Shown here piece after piece: positions 11,990 to 23,452 of a DNA stretch of 64,000 nucleotides. A program made the position numbers and the translations under genes. The notes below the pieces were generated by a model. That model had not been told where the DNA came from, did no database searches, and saw nothing but the letters and a program-made list of their open reading frames with translations. Positions within the stretch are counted from its first letter, which is position 1; each line of letters opens with the position of its first letter. Source of the DNA: Vicugna vicugna (Eukaryota); contig MU058009.1 of assembly GCA_013265495.1 (NCBI GenBank), positions 312,001 through 376,000 on the forward strand. Direction: 5' to 3'.

Positions 11990-12480
11990 GAGGAGCTGAC
12001 GTCACAAGCGAGTGGTCTCCACAGCCCTCTGTCCACGTAAATCCAAACATCAACACGACTCGTGGAGACGCCCCGAGCCCCGGGTTCTCTGTCGCGAGCG
12101 GCGAGGCAGCGGGCGCGTGTTCGTGCTGCTGTGAGAGGACACCTGAGAGACGTGCAGGGAGGCAGCGGGGCACGACGGCCCCGAGTCAGCGGCTCTTCCT
12201 CCTTGGCGGCTTCGAGCTCGCTGCCTGTCACCCCGCGGCCAGTCGTCTTGAGACCAGATTCCTCGGAAAGCCACTGGGTTGGCGCTGCCCTCCTGGGGTG
12301 CTTGGGGACGCGCACAGCGCGTGAAAGAGAAGCGGGGGGCAGACCCCACAGAACCGCGCTCGCTAGAGGAGGGGTTAGAAGGGCAGACTGTGGAGGAGAT
12401 GGGCCGGGGTCCCCCGGGACCACTCCCTGAAGGGGTCCTGCAGCCGCTCCCAGCCCGGGGGAGCGATGCCTCACCGTCAC
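11990..12480. promoter_or_regulatory. CpG-rich, island-like patch with a full CRE site
   Basis: Visibly high CpG density; TGACGTCA at 11997-12004. Confidence 0.45.
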
Positions 12481-12749
12481 TGGGGGAGTTTGGCCTCTAC
12501 TTCAGGTTTCCCATCTATAAAGAGGGCAGGCAAACATCCTGGAAGGTACTGGAGAAGATTCTTTGGGTTTTAAAATTTTTATCTTATTAAGACTCTTAGG
12601 CTAGTCACTACTGGTCAGGTCCTGGCTTCTGGTCATCAGCTCGCTGTGTGGCCCCGGGCAAGGTCATTAACCTTTGTCAGGCCTCCGCAGCCTTCTTTAG
12701 AACAGGGTCATAAGGCACTCCCTGCTTAACTTGTAAATAAAACGAACGG

Positions 12750-12970
12750 CTGTGCGTGTGGGCCTGGGGCCAGCGATACCTGACTTTAAATCTGGGCTCT
12801 GCCGCTAACCAGCTACCCGATCTTAGGAAAGCCCCCTAGGGCTGGCTTCCCACTGCCGTCCTCATCTGCGAAATGGGGAAGAACGACTCCCGCCTCGCAG
12901 ATTTGTTGTGAGAATTGAACGACGATGCGTGTGAAGTGCTCAGCGTGGGGCCCGTCAGACAGAACACGCC
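12750..12970 (+). mobile_element. MIR, near full length, unusually CpG-rich
   Basis: tttaaatctgggctctgccgctaaccagct...cctcatctgcgaaatgggga...ttgtgagaattgaacgacgat...gtgaagtgctcagc. Confidence 0.8.
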
Positions 12971-13484
12971 CGGCTGCCGGCAGCGCAGGTATTCACGCAG
13001 GCTTGTGCGGAGCAACAAACGAAAGAAGGCGCGATCTCCTTGAATTCAGAAATGCGTGACCTTATGATTCCTCTTATCATCACTGACTCTCTCGCACCCT
13101 CACTCGAAGCCCAGGTGCTGCAGGTGGCGCCCGTCGCTGGGCTGGGTGGGCCACGGGCAGGAGCCTCCTCTGACAGGCTGATGTCGGGCTGGAGGGAGAA
13201 GCCCGGCCCGTGCTTCGATCAGCTCCTCTCACAGGTCCGGGGGGACGGGGTGGGAGGCCTGGGAGGAGCCAGGAACCCTGGATTCCTTCCTGTTTACCTC
13301 GCCTGGCCTGCCTCACGGCCGCGGCTGCTGTGGGTAGCTGTGCAGGTTGTGTACTGAACAAGGCCAAGGGTTGCCAGCCGCACCTAGCAGGGATGAACGG
13401 TGCCCCAGAGAGCTGGACGGTGTAGCAGCTTTGCTCAGGGACTCTCGTGAGAAGCCAGTGGAATCACTGTCATCACTGCCAGCA

Positions 13485-13645
13485 ATAGTATCACCTCGAC
13501 CAATTACTGATCACCTGTCGTGTGTCAGGTGCTAAGACTTTACCTCTACCCTCCCCCACAGCCTGCAAGGTGGGCACGGTTATCACCTCACCCTCCTGTT
13601 ACAGATGATGCCAGAGCAAATGAACCACTGGCCCAAGACCAGCCA
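13485..13645 (-). mobile_element. MIR fragment
   Basis: ttactgatcacctgtcgtgtgtcaggtgctaagacttt...ttacagatga. Confidence 0.55.
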
Positions 13646-13740
13646 AGCCACAAAACCATGAAAGACAGTAAATAGTGGCTAAGGTTTTAAGCTACCATGT
13701 TGTGCAGTGGCTTGGTACATAGAGAGCGAACTGAATCACA
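13646..13740 (+). mobile_element. MLT1 LTR 3' fragment
   Basis: cacaaaaccatgaaagacagtaaatagtgg...ttttaagctaccatgttg...aactgaatcaca. Confidence 0.5.
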
Positions 13741-13889
13741 TGGATTGATTTATCATTTTAATGACTATGTACTCATGCACTGATTGGCTGTACTACAATT
13801 TTATAAAACTACCATCATATTAAAGGACATTTACGTGATACCTGGCTCCCTGGAGGGGTATCGTGTGTATTTGTACACATGTATACATA

Positions 13890-14690
13890 TGTATCTCTAG
13901 GTTAAATTCCTAGAAATAAAATTTTTATTGAATGGCATGTGACTTTAAAATTTTGACAAGTATTGCCAAGTTATCCTCCAAAGTTGCATTTTGCACTCCC
14001 ACCAGAAGGATTCCAGTGTGCTCGAGCCCCTGTAGCCTTGCTCACAAGGGCACGGGGCTGTAATCAAACTTTTAATCTTTTTTTGCCTGAGAGATTAAAA
14101 AAAAAATCAACCATGTTTTAGTTTGCTTTTCTTCAACGATGATTGAAGTGGTTTGTCTTTTGATATGTTTATTAGCTATTTTTTTTTTCTTTTTCTGGGG
14201 CTGTCCTTTGCTCATTTTTCTACTGGCTCATAAGAGCTTTCTTCTTTATTGAATTTTAAGCACTCTTTTCCTTATTGAATTATATATAAGAGCTCTCAGA
14301 TGACAAATGGAAGAAACTAGCCCTTTGTCTTTTGTGTTACAAATATTTTCTCACAGATTATTTTTTAGCCTCTGATTTTGGGTACACCAACACACACACA
14401 CACACACACTGACACACACACGTGTGTGTGTGATACATTTTCTTTTTCTCTTGTGCTATGATTTTGTTAATTTTTTTATCCAGGTGGACTCCATTTTGGT
14501 ATAAGGCATGAGGAAGGGATCCTGTTTAACTTTTTTCTTCCCAAATGTCTAGCCGGTTGCTCAACAGCATATATTGATTCATCGATCTTGCCCCCACTGC
14601 TTTGAAATGCCCTTTTATCATATACTACCTCCCACACATATGGGAGTCTATTTCTGCATTCTCTACCTTGTCCCCTTGATCTCTCTATTC
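13890..14690 (-). mobile_element. Ancient LINE-1 (L1M/L1ME-like) ORF2 3' region, degenerate
   Basis: Reverse-strand motifs aaattcctagaa, ttttgcactcccaccag, tgttacaaatattttctc, ggtataaggcatgaggaagggatcc, ctttgaaatgccc. Confidence 0.75.
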
Positions 14691-16594
14691 CTCGCCGGCG
14701 CCTAAAATCTGCTTCTCAGCTGTTCCAGCGGGCACTTCCTCTGGGATGGCTTTGTTTTCGACTCCAGGGTCTGCGGCACTCAGCCCCGTTGCCAGCCCCA
14801 GAGATAATAACTCTAATCCAACTCATTCTTTTCTTCCATAGGCTGCACTTATTTAGGAAGTCTCCCTCCCTTGGTTCATTTCTCCCTAGTAGAAAAATTC
14901 CTTTAATTAATTGCTCTTAGGTGCTTCCTCTCGGTCCCTGTGATTAGCTTTTCTTGCTTTCCTGGGAACCCTTCTACCTGGGGCCAAAACCTCTCTCTTC
15001 CTGCCTCCTCAGGAAAATAGTTCTTCCTCCATGCCCATTCATTCTCTTGCCCATCCACTCCCCTGCAGTGTCACATGGGGCAGCTTGGTGGGATAGGAGG
15101 GAAGGACACTACCAGATGGACAGACTTCTCGTAGGTGTCCCTGACACAGGTTCTACGGTATCTGAGTGCCATGAGATGATCAAGATATAATTGTGTTCCT
15201 CTTCCACCGGCTTTTCACCTGTGAAAGAAATTCCTGATCAGGGAGTCAGAAAATATTTATGTCTCCCGAAGTTTCATCTGCTGGTGTGTCTTCCTCTGTC
15301 TCCCCGTTTCCTTGCCATGAAAGCAGGCAAAATGACTATGTGAAGTCAAGCATCTGAGAAAGCCTGAAAGTCTGAAATGAACAGTACTGGTGGCCTAACA
15401 GTGTCCCGCTCACCAAGGGCATGTAGCCAGCAAAGCTCTCCTGCTCAGGAATTCTCCTTGGTCTCCCCCTGGAAAAATGGGAAAGCTGATCTGCAATTCA
15501 GCTGTGAATACCCTATTTCCTTTTTAAAGGGAGTGACTGGAGGAAAGGGCTGGAAGTAGAGCTCTTCATCTCAGGTCTCAAATCCTGGCCCAGGGTACAC
15601 AAGACCAGGAGTCATCACCATCAGTAACAATGGCTTAATTAACAAGCTGCATTTCCCAGGGGACTTCCCAGGGTCGGGGAGGCGGGCAGTTCAATGTCCA
15701 GGAGTGGCCCCCGGGGACTGGAGAGCCAAGGCTATCTCAGCTCACACTCCGGGGCTGATGGATCTAACCTTCTCCCTGCTTTCTCCAGTACCTCCAGGGT
15801 CCTCCGTTCCCCCTCAGCATGACCTCTATGGAGCTCACGGGCCCCTCCCTTCACTCTCCAGCTTCCCTTCTGTCAAGTGTACTGTTCTCCACTAAGCCAG
15901 GTCCAAGACCACAAGATCGACTATCATCTCTCCCTTTCTTTTTCATTCTCGCCTCCTCATATCCAAACTCCCTAAATTCAGTGTTTCTTCTTTCAAGTGT
16001 CTTGAAGTTTTCTTCTTCTCTATCTCACTGTAATTGCCCTGATCCATCTTTTTTTTTTTTTTTAAACAGGGGGGATAAGTCCCTTTAAGTGGTACTGGGA
16101 AAACTGGTCCATCTTAATCCCACAGTTTCTGCCCCATCCCAGTGCAGCCTGTGCCCTCGCAGCCGGATGCATCTTTCTATAACACCACGTTCAGCATATC
16201 CCTCCCGATCAAGAGAGAAGGGCGGCAGTATTTGAACGCCTACATTGCATTGGGCACCATTACACTTTGTGCTCACTTCACTTAACAACCTTATGAAGTA
16301 TGTTTTATTAGATCCCGAAGCAAACGGATCCAGAAATTATTAGAGCAATCCCAGGTTCTTTGCCTGGCATCCCAAACTTCCCCTATAATAAGACTCTAAC
16401 TTGACTACTTGGCCTTATCACAAACTCTATCCCAAGGTGAACTTGGTTCCGATCAAGTTCTCTTGGAGGAGCAGTGGGTGGCAAGGGCAGGCCGTATGGT
16501 GGAAGGTGCAAAAAGGAAAGACAGGGCTCACACCTACCCGGCTAAAGGCCAGACATGCAGCTACTGACACGTGGCTGTGGTGGTGGGAGGAAAC

Positions 16595-16965
16595 TGCTAA
16601 GAGCTGAACTGCGTTCCCCCCAAATTCATGTGTTGAAGTCCTAGCCCCCAGTACCACGGAATGTGACTGTATTTGGAGACAGGGACTTTAAAGAGGTAAT
16701 TCAATTCAAATGAGGTCTTCAGGGAGGCTTCTAATCCAGTATGACCGGTGTCCTTATAAGGACACAGACACACAAGGGAAGAGCACGCGAGGACACAGGG
16801 AGAAGACGGCCAAATTGCAGCCGAGGACAGGGGCCTCAGTAAGCCAACCGGCTGGCACCTTGGCCTTGGACTTGCAGCCTCCAGAACTGTAAGAAAATAA
16901 ACTTCCATTGTTCAAGCCGCCCGGTCCGTGGGTCTTTGTTATGGCCGCCCTGGCAGATGCATACA
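16595..16965 (+). mobile_element. MLT1B/MLT1A-type ERVL-MaLR solo LTR, complete
   Basis: TG...CA termini; caaattcatgtgttgaagtcctagccccca, ttggacttgcagcctccagaactgtaagaaaataaac; degenerate 5-bp flanks gaaac/ggagc. Confidence 0.9.
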
Positions 16966-17036
16966 GGAGCCAGAAGCCCAAGCAGGGATGGGTTGAAGAA
17001 GAGGGGGCAGCGGGCAAGGGGGCAGGAGGCTGTGCC

Positions 17037-17268
17037 ACATTTACTGAGCATCTTCTATGCACCAAGCATCGCGCTGCCATGCGAGCGTTTCACGTTCATC
17101 ACCTCTAATCCTCATAAACACGCTGCAAGGTCATTATTGTCACAGCCATTTTAGAGACATTGGAGCCAAAGCTCAGAATGATAGTAAACATCCCCAGGAG
17201 ACATGGAAAGTGAGCATTAGCTCTTGGATTTGAAACTCAGTCTCCTCCCTGCAAAGCCTGTGTCCCTG
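17037..17268 (-). mobile_element. MIR, near full length
   Basis: catttactgagcatcttctatgcaccaagca...ctaatcctcataa...ccattttagaga...ggatttgaaactcagtct. Confidence 0.8.
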
Positions 17269-19784
17269 CTTCCGTGCTGTGTGTCAATCAGCAGCTGGGC
17301 TGGCATCCGTCGGCCCCAGACCTGTCCATGGGCAGCAGGTCCCTGACCACCAGGTGGGTTTCAGGAGCAGAGCCTTGTCTAGAGGGGGATGCTCACCGAG
17401 CTCAGAGGGTCAGAAAGGCAGGGCTTCACAGAGCCGAGGGAAGGAGGAACAGCGCAGTGTCCTTTCCATCGCCCCACCCACCCTTCCAGTCTATATTCAG
17501 CCTGGTCCTGGAAGTACCCAAGTGGGGAGCCGGCTGAAGCTTCCTGAGACAGTTTCATCTCATTCAAGTAACTCTCCATGGCTGCGACATTCCTAAGACG
17601 AGAAGGCGGTCCTTAGAGATCCAGTTAACGTGTGTGCGGATGCGAGCTCGGGGGAGTACTTCGCTAAACCACGCTCTGTGCGAATGACCATCACCCCTCG
17701 TGTCTCCCAGGGAGGGTGCCCCTTCTCAGCCCTCAGATGGGGGAGCCCCTCATCCCACTGTGGACTTGGAGTCCCTAGTGCCCCAAGGGGAAGCAAATTC
17801 GTCTAACTTATAATTAAGTACCTCCAATCAAGGTTTGGTTTCATTTAATAAGAAAAGTTGACTCCAAGGCAAACAGATCACAGTCGATTATTAAGAACAG
17901 ACTCGCTAAAGAGCAGCAACAGTCAAAAACACAAAAGCTGATTCTGGAGTCGCAGAAGGTCAATAAATGCCACATCAATAATGAATGAAACTCTAATTAA
18001 TGCAAGGCAACAGTCTTAACCCAACAGATCTCTTCACAGTGAGTGAGGTGCGGTGGGGCCGGGGGCAGTGGGGAAGGTTCACCTCGGAGAAGGGGCTATG
18101 GGAGCCCTGGGTGCCGGGCGCCCCCTCCCTGGGCAGTGAGAGCTGCAGCTGCCTCTGCTCAGCTCTTCGCGGGGAGAAGCTGGCCAAGTTCACCGTCCCT
18201 CAAGAAAAATCTGTGGTCTACAACTAGTCAAATTAGCCACCTAAAGATCCAACACTCTTAGCATTCAGGTTTCTAACGCTAACCTCAGGAGGCTAGGATG
18301 TGCTTTTCGATCCTTAGGGAAAAGACCTTGCTCCGTCCTTCCGTGGACCGAGTGGGTGGCAGAGGGGCGGAGTTAGTGTGAAATAAGGATCTCCATCCTG
18401 CCTAAGATGTGAGCAAGTAACCACCTAAACTTAAGGAGAACTCTTGGTAGTATAATGTATTAAATCAAGGTTCCCACATGGTTAGGAGAACCAGTATCAT
18501 GTTAGTTGTGAGGGAAAAAAATTGAAAGGTTTGGACCCATAGAAATTTGGTTTAGGGGGCATGGGCTGAGAGATCTGACTTCGTAAGGTGGGGATTTCTA
18601 GCCCAGTCCGCACTGCCTGATGACGCTCTGCAGGCAAAGGCCAGGGCTTCTCGAAGCCACAGAGCCACTCTGTCACCTGCCCCACCTCTCCGGGTGACTC
18701 TGTACAGGGCCGGCTATGCAGCACTTCACGAAGGGGGCAGTAACACCCCGAAGATATTCCAGGCACATGATCGAACTAGCACTCCACTGAAAGGGAGATC
18801 CAGGAAGCCCACTCCCCAGGGGCACTGGTCTACTGTGCCTTCGTGCTGTGGTACCTGGGCTTCCGCCGCCGCCAGCCAAGCCCCCCTCCCCACGGTCCTC
18901 TTGGACATGAAAGATGCTGGGAAAGGGAAAAGCAGAGCAGTGAGCTGCGGTGTTCCCACCGTGCTAGCGTTTTCCTCTGTGTCCCTGGTGAGTCAGAGTT
19001 TGTTTGAATGTGAATTATCTGCAATCATAAGAGTGACAGCACAGCTGGCTGCCGGGAGCCCGGAGGAGGAGGCAGTGTGTGCTGCAGCCACGGGGGAGCG
19101 TGCGTGTGAGTGTGTGGGTGCGTGTGTGTGTGCGCACTTGCGTATGTGTGCACACCGGGGAGCCGGGGCTGTCCCCACTTGTCAGCAATTCCTGACGGGG
19201 CCTTTCTGAGGGAGGCAGGAGCTGGGAGGGATGACACACTCAGAGGCCGCCCTGTGTGGGTGATGCTATGACAGTCATAGGCCAGGACCTCTTCAAGCCA
19301 GGGGGCCACTCCTGCCATCTGCTCCCCCTCTTCAGCCCCTAGATTTCAGTCCAATCTCAGTGTGTCCCCTGTTTCCTAGGGATGTTGGGAGGAAAAGACA
19401 AAACAGGCTTGCGGGTCATCCCCTTGTTCTCCTGGTGCTGGTACCTCCTCCTTAGGAGCCAGGATGCAGGAGAGGCCCCAGGCATGAGGCCATGTGCCCC
19501 GACATCAGGGTCTAGGGCTTCCGTCCAGTCGCCGTGTGGGGCTTGTGGGAGGGAAGGGTGGGGATGGGGGTCTGTGAGTTTGGGACTTTGGTTTTCTGAG
19601 GTTGGTGACAACCAAAAAGCTGCCAGTAGAGAAAAGGAGCGGGTGGAGATAGTGCCACTTTGGGGCCAAGACTCCCTTTTTTCCATCCTTGCTTCTCCCA
19701 CAAAGTGACAGGAGGTCCAGAGGCCACTCCAGCCCTCTGCCAGTCATCTGAGAGAAGCTACGATTCAGGTGTTCCAAGGGTTTT

Positions 19785-20780
19785 GGTCATTCACCAGATA
19801 TTCAGGGCCTCCTAAGTGCAGGTGCGGTGCTATGTGCTAGGTGGTAGGTACTGGATGCTAGGGTGGTAGGTGCTGGGTATTAGGTGGTAGGTGCTGGGTG
19901 CTAGGTGCTCCACGCTGAGTGCTAGGTGTTTGGCTTGGGGTCTCCGGATGCTCATAGTCTGTTAAAGGTGACAGACAGGTAAACAGTCAGCCGTGACACA
20001 GTGTAAGAAACATGAAATCAGGTAAACACGAGGGCTGTGGAGGCCCATGGCGCAGATACCTATGTAAGTCTAGGGATGCTGTGGGGTGTGAGGACAAAGG
20101 GCCTGGGAAGGCCTCCCAGGGAAGTGCTGGACTGATGGGAAGAGTGGAGGGGAGAGAAAGGGCAGCCAGGCAAAGGCCTGGAGGCCTTCTCCTCTAGGAA
20201 GTCAGGGACAACTGGTAGCCAGCGTGACCGAGGCCAAGGGCCTGGCTGAGGCTGGCAGCCAAGTGCGGGCTGGAGGGTCCTCAGTGCTCTGGGCGTTCTC
20301 ATGAAGCCACAGGATGCTTTTAAGTAAAGGAGTGACACATCCAGGAGGGTCAGTCAGGAGGCTGTTGCAGGGGCCTAGGTGAGACCAGACGAAGGCCTGG
20401 CCTGGAGGAAGAAAGGGGCTGGGGAAGATTCCAGACGTGTTAGCAAGTAGGCCTAACAGGCCTTGGTAACTGATGGGAGCTTGTGTTCTGGGGAGGGAGA
20501 CAGACATTAAACAACTAATTACACAATTAATTATGCAATTACTACCGAGATAAGTGTCCTGAAGGGGAGCGGAGGGTGTGAGGGCCTGTTAGGGGAGGGG
20601 CTGCTCTGGCCCGGGGCGTGGGGCAGGCTTCCTTGAGGAAGTGACATTGACCTGAAGGCTGAGTAGCACACATCCAGGTGAGGTGATGGGGGGTGGTATG
20701 GAGGGAACAGCACCTGAAAAGGTAGAGTAGGAAGGAGCAGGCTGCTCTGAGGACCTTGAAGACCAGTCTGGCATGGGCAG
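19785..20780 (-). mobile_element. Cluster of minus-strand L2 fragments
   Basis: atgctcatagtct, ggaaggcttt-type and aggaggctgttgcag motifs, gggagacagacattaaacaactaattacaca, ggcttccttgaggaagtgacatt. Confidence 0.6.
19826..19928 (+). repeat. Imperfect minisatellite, ~21-22-bp unit (ggtggtaggtgctgggtgcta), ~3-4 copies
   Basis: Read directly. Confidence 0.75.
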
Positions 20781-21039
20781 AGGTGGGCCAGCTACGGTCG
20801 GCCTGACCCTGGATGTCGCTGTATCGGAACACAGCTTCACCCATCTGCGCACATTGTGGGTGTGGTCAATTTTCTCTTTACTGGGCCAGGACTCGTGTAA
20901 GGGAGGAGAGGTGTCCAGGGTGCAACATCGAAGGGGCCCTCACTCACGGCGGGGTGCCCCAGCCTAGCCCTGGCAGAGAGCATCCCCTTTAATCTTGCAC
21001 CTCGGGCTCCCTGCCTGCCTTCTGCTCCTCCCTGTCCCG

Positions 21040-21137
21040 CTGCACTTCAGCAGCAGAACTGAGTAGTTGCCAGAGTCTGGTCACAAAGCCTAAATTATTT
21101 GCTCTCTGGCTCTTTACAGAAAAAGTCTGCTGCCCCA
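21040..21137 (+). mobile_element. MER58A 3' half
   Basis: gcagaactgagtagttgc...cacaaagcctaaattatttgctctctggctctttacagaaaaagtctgc. Confidence 0.75.
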
Positions 21138-21539
21138 CGGCTAGAACAGCAAGAATGAGGGGGCAGGGGTGCAGGCCAAGCACGGATGCCATGAGGGCAC
21201 TGCCCATGACCCTCAGCACCCAGCTCTGCACACACAGGCACCTGCGGGCACACCTGGGACTGTCCGCAGGCCCTGGCGGAGGAGAGTATCTTTTGTAGCT
21301 GCAGGAACATGCTCGGTCCATGTAAGGAGCAAGGGGAGGGGGTGTGTGTGTGCAGGGGATTATCGCCCTGGAAGAACCCTCAACAAATGATGGATGGGTT
21401 TTACGAGGACAAATATCCCAATTTGCTCACTTCTCAGTGGGCTAAGGCCGCAGCCCGGAGCTGCCTAGTGGGCCTGGGCACAACGCACTCAGCGATGACA
21501 ATGTGACAGTGACATTGGCTCCTTCCCTTCCCTTTCTTG

Positions 21540-21653
21540 CTCACTCCCTGCCCCCAGACCAGTGTTTCCTGGGATCACCTCTCCCCGCAAACAAAACCAT
21601 GTGCATTTGAATCCTTGTCACAGAATCTGCTTTGAGAGGAACCCAAACAAGAT
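21540..21653 (+). mobile_element. ERVL LTR 3' end (LTR33/LTR16-like)
   Basis: tcctgggatcacctc...aatccttgtcacagaatctgcttt...ggaacccaaacaagata. Confidence 0.6.
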
Positions 21654-22587
21654 AGCAGGATGTCCCCAAGGTGGGAGGCACATGGCCAAGTCCCACCCGA
21701 GAGAAGGGAGGCCTACTTCTGGACAACTAGCAGTTTCATTTGTATGACTTTTCCCCCTCTGTAGGCCTCAAGCCACAGGGTGAGGAATTGAGCCTAATAC
21801 ATAGATGTAAAAAATTCTAAACTCCCAGCCACCTTTCTGTGTGACTGTATTCTGGGGACGCTACAGTCGGGGGCCTTGTGCAAGCCTCCTGTCCCTCCAC
21901 CCCAGGACCGATGCCCAGACGACTGATGTGGACTCTGTTTTGTCATCTGATAATTCTGTTTCCTTCCTCCTTAAGGAAAACTGTGTAGAGAAAGAATCAC
22001 TTGAGAAAAAGCAGTCTTGGCCTCCAATACCCCTTCCATCTGTCTTGTGTGGGAAGGAAACACAACCATTCCATGCTTTCCAATTTTCTTCCCAAAGAGC
22101 TCAGTGCCCAGTTGGCCCGTTTGAGCCAGTTAGTGGCTTTCACCAGGCACCCACCAGCCCCCGAGGGGGTCCCCAAATTAAAATGCAAGTTTTAAGGACC
22201 TGTTCTCCTTTCCTGGGGATTGTTGACAGCTAAAGACCACATGGGCTCATCAGTGTGATCTTAAAGAGAGAAATGATCGGGGCAAATGGCTCCAAATGGA
22301 GATGAAAGAGCTTTTACCGTGACAGGAGAGATCTCTGGCAGGCTGCTTGAGCAAAGGCAGTCTGGGAATAAAGAGTAACGCGGGCCATTTTGCACATCAA
22401 AAACAAGAGGAAAGGGGCAGAGAGCATGCGAAAGGATACAGAAAAAAAGCAAGATGAGATAAGAAGGAGGCAGAGGGCAGTCAGGCAAAGGAGGGGAAAG
22501 CGGGACACAGAGCGTGCGAACACGAGGGAGCGTGCACCGCAGCGAGCGGAAGACAGAGCATGCGCAGTCATCCCCCAGGACGACCTA

Positions 22588-22628
22588 GGCGGCGGCGGCG
22601 CCGGCGGCGGCGGCGGCGTTGGCGGCGG
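22588..22628 (+). repeat. Interrupted (GGC)n trinucleotide repeat
   Basis: ggcggcggcggcgccggcggcggcggcggcgttggcggcgg. Confidence 0.95.
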
Positions 22629-23067
22629 GACCATGAGTCCAGGGGGATGTGGCAGGAGAGGCTCTTGGTGCCCCACTGAAGAATACGGGGGGCCATCGGC
22701 AGTGTTACTGATTAACAGAAGTTGGCTCGTCTCTGACTTAGCACAGGATGCAGTTTATCCCCGGAGGGCACCCCCACACCCCCTGTGTTAGTTCTCAGAT
22801 GCCTTGGCAAGAGATTGGGCATGAGAAGGTGGAGGATGCGGTGAGGGGGGCGGGGGGGGGGAGGAGCATCGGAAAGTGAGGGGGAATGTGGGAGATGATG
22901 GAGGAAGAGAGGAAGAAGTGGGGATGGAGAACAGAGGGGGGACGGCTAGGGAAGAGGAGAGAGGACAGGATAAGAATTTGGGAAGGAGGGGAGGGGAGAG
23001 GAAGGGAGAGGAAGGGAGCTATAAGGAAAGATTTTGAAAATCTTAAGCTAAGCTACAAGGAAAGCAG

Positions 23068-23280
23068 CTAACATCTCTGGAGGACCTGCTAGGTGCCACA
23101 CACTGAGCTAGGTGCTGTTCCGCTATCTTTTTAAATCCTTACACCAACACTGCATTGGTACCATCCCACTCATTTTTTTTTTTTAATAAAGTGAGGAAAC
23201 AAAGGGCTTTGGGAATTTAAGTAGTGTTGTCCCAAATCACAACACTGAGGAAGTAGGTAGGTTGGGATTCGAACTCAGCT
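23068..23280 (-). mobile_element. MIR
   Basis: acactgagctaggtgct...ttaaatccttacaccaac...gtgaggaaac...gggattcgaactcag. Confidence 0.7.
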
Positions 23281-23436
23281 ATAAAGGAAGTTTAGGATGA
23301 CTCAAGATTGCCCCCACTCCTGGGGAGAAGGCAGGCATCCGCTTTTTTTGGATCTCTGAGGTCCCATCTACGGTGATGGGAATTAGCACAGAGGATTCCT
23401 ATACTGTCCTATCCATGTAAAAACTTAGGCCTCCAA

Positions 23437-23452
23437 CCACCAGGGGGAGCTA
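23437..23452 (+). promoter_or_regulatory. Candidate CTCF binding site
   Basis: CCACCAGGGGGAGCTA, one mismatch from the core consensus CCACCAGGGGGCGC; lies in unique sequence. Confidence 0.6.

Noticed and set aside
22314..22791. Poly-Gly/poly-Pro ORFs as a transcription-factor exon
   Set aside because: The low-complexity run comes from ~40 bp of GGC repeat; the flanking peptide has no recognisable domain and there is no extended CpG island
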